Source: Catajapyx aquilonaris
Lineage: Eukaryota
Direction of reading: 5' to 3'
Length of the DNA stretch: 51,614 bases
Assembly: GCA_000934665.2 (NCBI GenBank)
Contig: JYFJ02002761.1
Span: 1 to 51,614, forward strand
Under the pieces are notes generated by a model. It did not search any database, had not been told where the DNA came from, and was given only the letters and a program-made list of their open reading frames with translations. Position numbers and translations under genes: made by a program. Below, in pieces: positions 23,931-34,207 of the stretch; the first letter of the stretch is position 1, and every line of letters starts with the position of its first letter.

Positions 23931-26230
23931 ACAACGATTTGCACATAATGACACTAATCTCATATTATCACCTGAAATATTTGACCAAAAAAATTAGCAA
24001 ATGAATCACAAAATTAAAAAAAAAACTGGCAAAAATTCTCTGCAAACTATTGCACATTTTTGGCTAACAAACTCCAATTTTTATCCGATTGTAAAACATG
24101 CTTATCTCCACACAGAATTTTCCTCAAGTTATGCTGTCCAGCAACAGATTGCGAAATAAGTTCGAAGTGAAATTTGGACGTACGTGCCTGCCATATTATG
24201 ATAATCGCAGGCGAAAAATCTGTCAAGGCCAGGGCTAGCTGGAGGAGAAAACTGGCTTTTACATTGGGTTGGTGGTGGTGGGGAGGACACCCTTTAAGGA
24301 CCCGCAAAAAGAAGGCAGCAAGGTCCTTTATCAAGTAGGACATCGCAATCAAAAGAAGGAGGGGGGAGACCCAATGTGCAAAAATTTTCGAAACGCGCGT
24401 CCCCTTGGCGCACCTGCTGCCTGCCAAATGAGGTTTTGCCAAGATGGAATCTGATGGGTCAAGGACGAGGGGAAAAGCGGATGACCAATGTAACGCTCTT
24501 TTTGCACCTTTTTTATTGCCAAACAAGGGCAGGTGCGGATCTGAAACTGCACGCCCAGCTGACATGCAAAAATTTTTGCCGCCAATTTTTGCGCAACGGT
24601 CAAGCTTGCCCTGAATGAATACATAGAAAACCTGTCTCCCCAAAATCTGGAGGTTTTCCAGACGTTTTATGGCTCGGAGCATACTACAACGTGTAACAAA
24701 AAATGGCATCTTTTGGAGGATCTTTTGAGACGCATTCAAAGAAAGCTGCTTTTGGTTGGGGGGCTTGGGAATTGAGAGAGAGAAAAAGACTATAGAAAAA
24801 AGAAGATTGTGGGGCGTTTGAAGGAAGGGCGGAGTCTTGAGAGGGGTGGGAATGCTTTCCTAAGAAGTCTGAATCCAGATCCAGAAGCCGGTGGGCAAGA
24901 AAAGATCTTTTTGGTGGGAACATGACCTGACCAGTGTGCAAATTGAATCAGCCTGATGGTTTGGGTTGAGACGTGTACAGATGGCGAATATATTCATGAC
25001 TGACGTAAACTTATCTGATTTTTGGCCTATATCATATATTAATTATTGGTTTATTTTTCACATTTTGCAAAATGTCATTCAATCCATTTGATCGTTATCT
25101 GGCCATAATGAGGTTTAAAAGACATCATACGACCTGTACATAAAATGATCGCCAGATTACAGAGAACCCTTCTTAAAAGTTTGTCGGAATTATGTAATAA
25201 GCATCTAATTCAATTTTTTTTGGAAGGGGTGTGGGTTTACACTTACCGTTATAACGTAATAACCATCGATCACGAATATTCCCATTGCAATGGTGAAACT
25301 TCCGCTGAAATATATAGGAGCACACCCATGCATAACATGATTTCTATCGAGGTGTCAGCACCTGTGACCAATACTTTATCATAATGTGATTATACCAACG
25401 GATGATTTTTTTATCGAAACGGAAATTAGACTATATTATATGTCTCATAATAGGGATATTTCAGGTGGATTTCAGTTTATTTTTTTGGAACGCTTGGTAG
25501 ATAAGCGTGGGAAACAATATATATATATATATAGAGGATTAGAGGTAATATAACCAGTACTTTTTCTTGGGAGCAGGCATATAAAAATTGGGCATACCTG
25601 TATCCTACAGCAGTTTCGTCATCTTTACTGCTTCTGAAATGCTCATTTTTCTGACTTGTACACTAAAATGTATTTCCTGCCAGGGCAAAGCACGAAATAG
25701 GACATTTAAATATTTTATTACATTTTAAAATTCAGGCTCTATTCTCTTATGGGATCTGTTTTACATTTTTTAAAAACATTTCAGTCATTGTGAGGCATAT
25801 GAGCACAGCCGAGATTATGATAATATCACGGCAAGGTTTGGGACAATTAATAAAATACGTCATTATAGGGATAGAGTTCTGCACATTTCTGTATAGGCTA
25901 AGTTTATTTGAAATCTACAGCCAAACTAGTGAGAATTCCTGACCACTTTTTCCATACATTTTCTTGGCTTCCGATTTTAAAACACGTACAGTTCTGCATT
26001 ATCAAAAATGTTCCGTCTTGGAGACGGAACACGAACCATTTCATGATCTCAAATGGCGAAACTGTTCACATAACGTGGATAACATGAAGGCACGCAGGGC
26101 TGCCATATTGGTCGGGTGTCCGACTCGTGTGTGGATAATAGGAGTGTGCAGCCGAGATAAATGACCTGGGCGAAAGAGAAACGGGCAAGAATAGCATGAG
26201 AGGGGAGGGTGTGTGGGGCGATTTGAGTCT

Positions 26231-26430
26231 ACAGGTGGCTCTGCTGAGCGGAGAGTGTGGGAATTTAGGCTGGTCCCCCGTTCCCACGCTCCCGACACGA
26301 GCCAGCAGCAGGCAAACCCCGCTCCCCACCAACCACCACCCCTCTTTTTACCATTCCTCCACATCACCTGCACTCCCCCTACAACCCCCAAGAAGAAGAA
26401 GAAGAGGGGGGGTTTCCTCTTCTATAAATA
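26231..26430 (+). promoter_or_regulatory. E(spl) gene 2 promoter: E-box + Su(H) paired site + N box + TATA
   Basis: ACAGGTG 26231-26237; TGTGGGAA 26256-26263, 17-bp spacer, TTCCCACG 26281-26288; CACGAG 26296-26301; TATAAATA 26423-26430; Inr-like TCATTC 26454-26459. Confidence 0.92.
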
Positions 26431-26562
26431 TTCCTGGAGCGCCAAAATGGACGTCATTCTTTCCCGCGATCTCTTCCTCGTGAGCCGGACCTCTCTTGGC
26501 CAGCACGTGGTTTTGCATGTGGTTCGCTCTGTGCGGTACTTGTTCCTCGATCGGCTGTGCCA

Positions 26563-29500
26563 ATGTGGAGCAGCAGGATGGATCTGTCCAGCAGCAGCAT
26601 CCGACCTCAGCATCAGCAGATAGACGCCAACGAGATGCCCATCTCCAGAACTCTGCAGTACAGAAAGGTAAGGATCGGTGTCCTTCACGTGGCAACCAGG
26701 TTTAGACCTGGGTGATGTGCAGGTAGTGTCGCGTCAGTTAGGCGGGAAGCTGAGGCAACTTAGACCATTTTGTTTGGAGTGATTTTAGACTCGACTTTAG
26801 TGGAGTTTTAAAACCGGGTTTATTCTAGTTGATTCAATTTTCGGAGCAATTATTCGGTCAATTTTAGGAAAATTATTATTCAGTCGGTCATAGCTAATAC
26901 TTTTCTCAAGTGAAATATTATTGAAAACATTGCACCATCCTGCCTGCATCATGCACGTTTATTAAAGAAATCAATTTTGATTAACTTCCCTGACGAACTT
27001 GAATCAGAATTATTTGCAGCTGCTATGTGAAATTCATGAAAATTATATCTAATAATTGAGGCTTTTCCTTTAATTATTTTAGTTGCAATAACGCGATTAA
27101 AAAAATTACTCATCAAATTATTTCGAGAGTATTTTTTAAAAATTGGGTTATTGGAATATAATTCAAGGAAAAGCGTCAATTATGAGATATATTGCATGAA
27201 TTTCCCTGATTTTTCACTGCAGTTGCAAATAATTCTGATGCACGTTCGTCAGGTACTGAAAATTGATTTCTCAAATAAACGTGCATGATGCAGGCAGGAT
27301 GGTACATCGTTTAAGTAAAACTTCTCATAATTGTCAATTGCCTTTAAACTCCGGAGTATAGGCTAATTATGTCTCACAACCGTGTAACACCCGGCATTTG
27401 ATTGTATACATATATGGTTGAAACCAATAAACCTGTTCTATTCAGTAATATGCTTATTAAATGGGCATATGCGCGCTGCATAATAGTCAAATTGTACAGA
27501 AAATTGACACGAGCTGTCACATGTCAGACAGCAAATTAGATTTGCGAATCAAGGGCAAACGCACCGGTTTTTCCCAATTTTTTCATAATTCGCAATAAAC
27601 CGTCCGGTCTGACAGGTTTTAACATGAACCGGTTTCCTTTTTCACAGCCTCTAAGTGCAGCCTCATGTATGCATTTGCTGATTTGCAATTGCACCACAAT
27701 TTACTATTTCCACATCAGGTTCTATTTGTTGCTGGCAAAAGAGGTTAATGAGCTCATATTGTTAGTGCATGCCGCCATAAATGACTTCTTGAGTCATCCA
27801 CAGAATGACCACACTCAGTAGAATTGTCGACCCCAGCAATCTGACTTTTTAACTTTGGGCAGTGCACCACCCTGTAGAATCCGCTCAATGAACCACACAC
27901 GCGATGCTTTCATCAGCACGAAAACTCCACTGCATAAGTAGGACTTATCTCAATTTGTGTCATGCAACGGGCATGGGAGCGGAAAATGCACTGGCCTCCT
28001 TTAATTGCCTGTAAGGGATTTTTAGCTGGAAGGTGACATGCAAACAGGACTTATCTTCGAGCGTTTTTTTTGTAACACGTTTGGCGTATTGTTACAGGTG
28101 ACGAAGCCTTTGCTGGAACGGAAGCGACGGGCACGTATCAATCGTTGTTTGGACGAGTTGAAGGATCTGATGGTGGGCGCATTGCAAGCAGAAGGAGAGA
28201 ATGTGTCCAAGCTGGAAAAGGCAGATATCCTGGAGCTCACCGTCAGATATCTACACAAGCTCAATTCAAACCACATGCTGAATCCTATGGAAGACGCACA
28301 TCGCTTCCAGGTTAGTGTTGTCTCCTTAAAAACATTTAAAAAATAAACAAATTAAAGCACTTAATTTGCGAATTGATGCTATTCCAACCACAAATATTTT
28401 ACGACCTAAAATGGGCATCTTTGTTAGAAAATCGCGGTGCTTCTGAGGATAGCTTCTCCAAACTGGTTGTGAACCTGCGTAATCATGAGTGGTGTGGGTG
28501 TATTTCCAGAACAGATGTAGACTGCGGTTAATTGGGGGTTTAAAACAATTATCGTCATTGTCAATTTCCAAGATGTAGCATTTCTAATAATACATCAGTT
28601 TCAACCCGTGATCCCGGTACGCATCTCACATAGTCTGCTAAATATCCCATATGTGAATAATAGTGAGATTGTGGTCACGCGAAAGTGAAGCCTACACTTA
28701 TTTGCACTAAATTTTAAGCAGACAATATTTTGCCGTTAAATAATGAGGAAGTTATCAAATTGCAAAATCCGACAGGAGAATGGTTTTTAAAAACTTGTTG
28801 TTAGGTTGGTTACGCAGCATGATCGTTGCTAGCACATAGCACATAATAATATTTACTAGGATGTTGGACAGGTATTGCAAAGCAATTCAAGCATAAAAAC
28901 ATCATATATGTGGCTCGAGAAGGAGTGAAAAAGTCACCCTCAACCTATACGCAACCATAATTAACTTATTTCTTATTTTTCTTACAAAAAGGGCAAATTG
29001 GGTAGAAAATATGGAGAATTCACGTGACATAACTTTTAAGTGATTTTTTGCTGGCATTGAATGAAAAGTGAGCTACAGTTTAAAAAAAAAACTCTCCTGA
29101 TATTGCTAAGTTCCTTACTTTCAAAGTTGCGAGCATCTGAGTCGGATATGTCTGCAAACCTTTTCAAAAGTGCTTTGAAAGATTCATGCAGTACTTATTA
29201 CTACTATAGCCCTTTAATAGGTTATATGTATAAATCGTATAATTTAGTAGAATATTCAAAGAGGTTTCCTGCGCTGATAATGAATGTATTTTTGGATCAT
29301 GTCCTGAGACTAAGCAACTAAAATGGTATTTTTATTGGCTCTCAAAATTGATATAAATATTGAATCACTTCTGAATTAATACACTCTTATTAAAAACGCA
29401 ACAATTTTGTGCACATTTTCAGAGTAGCCTACATTCTATCAACAGTGCACTCAAAAAATATTATTATCAATATCCCAATAATTTACGAATCCGAATTTTT

Positions 29501-30278
29501 GCAATTAGGATGACGTGAAAACAAAATAGTAAAAATCCCTTTCGTTTCTGCTAAGATATGCACTATCAAAAAATCAAGTAAAGCCAGTAAAATAAACAGC
29601 TAGTAATGTTGGTTGTCTGCTGTCAGGAAAGAATTCAAAAATCATGAAATTCCTCCTTATTAATCACTAAACATGCCACAAAATTGGAAAATTCGCTTCA
29701 AATCGAGCATTAAATGATGTCTATATATAAGTAGTATTTTCGAACATGTTTCTGCCAATATAAAACTCATCAGTAAATAATACAGTACCGTATCGTGCAA
29801 TACCTTTACGATGACATTCCCGCCATCTCTCGTCGTACATCCAGACTAACTGTTGGCTTGTTTGTTTCCACAGGCGGGCTTTACGCATTGCGCCCAAGAG
29901 ACGAGCCAGTACTTGATGAAGGCCCCCGGAGTGGACGTCCTGGTCAGCAGGCGTCTTATGTCCCACCTCAGCTCCTACGTTGAGCAGCCAGGAGACATGG
30001 AGGATAGCCCATCAAGCAGCTGCGACGTGCCTCTCAGCGTCCAAGTGCCTTCGCTCCAGCGACCCTATTCTCCTCCAGTGTCTCCAGTCACACCAACAGA
30101 GCCAGCACCAGAATTCTACAGGGAACCACTGAAGGACCTGCGTTCTCATCAACAACACTACGCCATGTCGTGCACTCCGACTGCTCAGGACTTGTCCAAA
30201 CCTTTGACCGGTCTGTTGATGCCTGCCAAAGGGATGCCGGTCAGACCAGAGCCGCAGAGAATGTGGAGACCATGGTGA
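26563..30278 (+). CDS. E(spl): Second E(spl) bHLH-Orange-WRPW repressor, ~240 aa; exons 26563-26667, 28098-28310, 29874-30278
   Basis: MWSSRMDL...[36 protein letters not shown]...[21 protein letters not shown]...MWRPW; two phase-0 GT-AG introns. Start could instead be ATG 26578. Confidence 0.95.
26934..27303. mobile_element. MITE/foldback-like element in intron 1 of E(spl) gene 2
   Basis: Perfect 30-bp inverted termini ACCATCCTGCCTGCATCATGCACGTTTATT (26934-26963 / 27274-27303), imperfect complementarity extending to ~125 bp; AT-rich non-coding core; no clear TSD. Confidence 0.75.
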
Positions 30279-30534
30279 ATATGAGTGATGGAAACGAATT
30301 CAAGGTATATCTGCTGTGTTACATATTGGCCTGTTCGGAATCAAAACCTTATGTTGACTCCTGTCACATTCAGATGTTTGTTACGAGGTGTGGCTAATGA
30401 AGATTGTGGTTAATTGCAACAAAAGGGCTGTGTCCACAGACATGTCATGCCATTGGTTGAAATTTTTATGGACACGACTTTTCTTGCTTTAAACCCACTC
30501 AATTTTAAATTGTTTGCACATGTAATTTTGCGTA

Positions 30535-31001
30535 TGTGATATTTTAGAATAGGTTGAGCTGTTCTGACGTGCGACTTGCACTCAAAATCACTGCTAGTTA
30601 TTTGCAATGTCAGAGTGAACAGCATAATTTTGGCTATTTTGCTGCTCTTCTTCCTGTATCATTTTCTACAGCCTGAGATGTTGGCGTGAAATTTTTAGAA
30701 TTTTTTCTTATCTACCTTTCTATGTAGCGATATTTTGTTCTTTAATGCGACATTTGAAAGCCAAACTAAAGTTCCGAATGTTTTCATTTGTTATAAATGC
30801 TTCCAAATGATCTCATGTTGTAAAAAAAATATTACTAGGACCTTCAAAGCGTTAAAGAAATCTGACTTGAGGTCCGTAGATCAGCTTTTATGTAAAGTAA
30901 AATAGTAGTGTCGAATATTAGTGGATTTTTTAATGGTTTAAGTTTTGTGTTAGCTGGATTGGGACCATAACTTTGGGAACTGTGATATTGATTTAGCTTT
31001 A
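30535..31001 (+). promoter_or_regulatory. K boxes and Brd box in E(spl) gene 2 3'UTR
   Basis: TGTGATA 30535-30541; CTGTGATA 30980-30987; AGCTTTA 30995-31001. Confidence 0.78.
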
Positions 31002-31961
31002 TTTGAATGAATGACGCAGGTTTTTTTTTTGGTTGAAAAAGGAGCCTGTTAAACTCGTTTTGCTGTAATACTGGCGTAGTTTTTGTCGTTAAGAAAAATT
31101 ATAGTTTTGCTGTGTAACCTACTATCATGGAGAAAAATTATAGTCTACATTTTATTAGTGTCAGGTTACAAAACTATTTCGAAATATGTACTCCCCACGA
31201 TTTTGGAAAACTATTAAGTTACAAGATATTGTTAAATATTTTCACACGTTTACCAGGTACAGTGTTATACGGTATCATTCTAGCCCATAGTTTCTTTAAA
31301 ATAGTATTTACTCTGTGTTATTGATTTATTGTAAGTTTATATACGAAGCATAAATGTCGAATGCCTTCATATTCTATTGTTGACTGCATAAGGGAACAAT
31401 CAGTAAGTTGAAGTATGAAATATTTTTCACATGTGACGATTTATTGTATTTTTATACTCTTTGAAATATGATTAATTATGATTTTTTTATTTTGCCCATT
31501 AGAGGTCACAAGCGTAGCACACCATGTAGTATTGAAAAAAAATGTACTGTACTTAATAAGATTTTAAGAGTACTGATGTATCACATTTCTAAGAAAATAT
31601 ATGTTTGAATTGCATATCACGCCGGAATGATTTTGGTTTATTTCTACCAGTGTCATTACATTGCACTGTTTTGTTTTGTTGTTTAGCTCTTTACATTTAC
31701 AGCTTCCCATTTTCAGTGGTTCTTGTGAACGCAGAATATGCATGGCTGGTTGTAAACGATGCCAGTGCATGCCGGGAATGAAGCAATAATAATATACCTA
31801 AATCAATACAGAGAAATTTGACAACTGTTATCAGAGGTTGGAAAATTTTATTATGCCGTAATACAGGCTGTGGAACATTTTCTCTAAACATTGCCTCTTT
31901 TAATATTTTGCAGTTGCTAAACTAATCTCTACACATCTATCAGGGCTAGTACAATCTCCAA

Positions 31962-33707
31962 TCAAAAAGTGCACGAAGGAACATTTCTAGGAAAATCGCA
32001 TTTTTGATTCTTCGGATTGAAAACCAGCCCGTTTGCGCACTGGTCAATCCCTTTCAACCCATTCATGCAAATGTAAAAACTAGAACAGTCGTTCTCAACC
32101 GGATAAAAACCATCCTCAGCACCGCAAACACCCGCGCAATCCGAAACATTACTCGTGCATTGGTTCGACTTCGGATTAAATATTTTGAACCGACTGCACT
32201 CCTGCGCAATAGGAATAAACCCTCCGTACTGGTATCTGCCGCAATAATAGTAAGTACCTGTGCACTTGTACTTCGTTGGCTGGAAAACGCCCTGAGCTGC
32301 GCAACGCCCTATCTCCGCCGCGCAATCTTTATTGTCGCCTAAGTACACACATTGTCGACTTGCCGGATCGAACCCTTCGTCATACCTGCGACATTTGCCA
32401 ACAACGACTTTGAACCCACCGCCATTCTGGTCCGCCACGCATCTATAAAAGTACCGGCAGTAATTCGGTATCGCCATCGGACCTGATGCGCTCGTACATA
32501 TGTCGTCCGGCAATTGAATCGTACGACAATCGGCATACCCGTTGTAAGAGCAAGGGTCTGCCAGGTAGTCCAAGTCAGGGTTAAACACTTGGGAAGATTT
32601 GCATACCCTGTGGGTGGGAGAGACGCCTGATTCGTCGCATTGGTAGTATTTGGAACAATTTTGGAAATCAGGGAATGACGTGAGGGTTTCGGGGCATTGG
32701 AACATCTCGGTATTGCATTTCCTTTCAGGCGATCCTGGCATGCACTCTCCTTTGTAGCAATGCCAGTCATATCCGCAGTACTGCAAATCCACATTCTTCT
32801 CTATTCCTTCGGCGTTTTTGAAGCAAAGTACCGCCTTGGAGCAATCGTCGGAACATGTCGGGCCACCGTCACAATTAGAGATTGACGCTACTCGAGGTGC
32901 TAGAGGTGAGAAGGACGGAGCTTCCTGACATTCCTTGCCCTGCAGAATTAAATAAGTCATAACTCATAATGAACGATCAGCAATTATGCTTATAAAAGTT
33001 TTAGTGAAGAGAACTGTAAGTTTGTGAGCACATTATGAGTCAGTTGGGAACACTAAACCAGAACATGAAAAACTTACTGTGTCTTCTGGAACGCAGGTAT
33101 TCCTCATGGCAGAGAACATGCCTTCAGGGCATTTTATGAGTTGGAATTGGAGGTCTCCATCTTCATTCTTGAAGCAGAAGTAAAACTTGTGGCAGTCGGT
33201 GGGGTTGGGAAAAAGGCCGGGAGAGGGACACATGAACCTGAAGGAGAAATGGGGCCAGTTGAAAACATGTAGGAGAAGTGAATAAGTTGGAGAGATTTCA
33301 ACTTATGGATATATAAATAAACGGAAGGCCGATCAACGGTTAGTGCTGTAATAAATATGTCAAAATAAAATTAATAAGTGATGGAATGCTTTTCTTTTAG
33401 ACCATGCTGTTTGTGGACAATGGCTTTCTGATTAAGTCAAATAAGTGGAGCATAAGTTCCGCACGTTATACGTATGCACCACACAAACCTATAGGTGGAA
33501 ATGGACTGAGAGCTTAGGTCGACATTATAATAAGCTTCAACATTCATCGAAATAATGTGATATACTCACTCGGTTCCATTTGAAGTTTCTTGCGATGTAA
33601 CCAAGTTGGCAGAAACTGACACCTGCGAGTAATGTTAAAATTACACAATTAGCACAATGTCAGAGTTATGAATATCTCACCAGAAATATAAAGGATAGGA
33701 GCGACAT
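31962..33707 (-). CDS. Secreted peritrophin-like protein with multiple ChtBD2 (CBM14) domains, ~405 aa; exons 33707-33681, 33622-33570, 33237-33078, 32939-31962
   Basis: Signal-like MSLLSFIFL|VSVSANLV; six-Cys repeats such as CPSPGLFPNPTDCHKFYFC...C and CGAEDGFYPVENDCSSFYIC...CANGLVFNPKNQKCDFPRNVPSC; splice phases 0/2/0 consistent; TATAAAA 33766-33772; AATAAA 31847-31852. Confidence 0.88.
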
Positions 33708-34207
33708 CCTGAGTGCTGCGACAATGCTGGTGTCCCACTAGATTCAGCCAGAATAGGTTGCGGATTTTTATACATTTTATGCTGCAACTTTTATTGTAGG
33801 CCTATAAGTCGACCCATGACGTTAGTGCAACAAGGTGAAGCAATGCTACAATTTTGTCATATTAACGGTAAAACTAATTCAAAAGTGTGCAATTTTATGA
33901 TCCGCCATATAAGATTAGCATGCCCCCACCCATCATGCAGGCAAAGAAGTCCTTTGATACACACAGCATTGCAAAAATATATGGTTCTTCAACAGATAAC
34001 ATGAGGTTTATGTGGAACGTAATTCCCCGAAGAGCTTTAACTATATGGGTTACTATCTCACGTCCGTGACACAGAAATTCTGAATTTGCAAAAATTTAAT
34101 TTTGTCTTCCTGTAAGAAAGAAGATATTATATACGCAAATATTAATTCAAAACAATTAGGTTTATTCAGTAGCTTGTTACAAATGGTGTGACAGTGATGA
34201 AAAAACC

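Noticed and set aside
24047..24739. 230-aa minus ORF
   Set aside because: No domain, no supporting promoter or splice evidence; lies in the upstream regulatory region of E(spl) gene 2.
26447..26623. ATG 26447 ORF as a uORF
   Set aside because: Lies upstream of the Inr-like site (26454-26459), so probably outside the mRNA.
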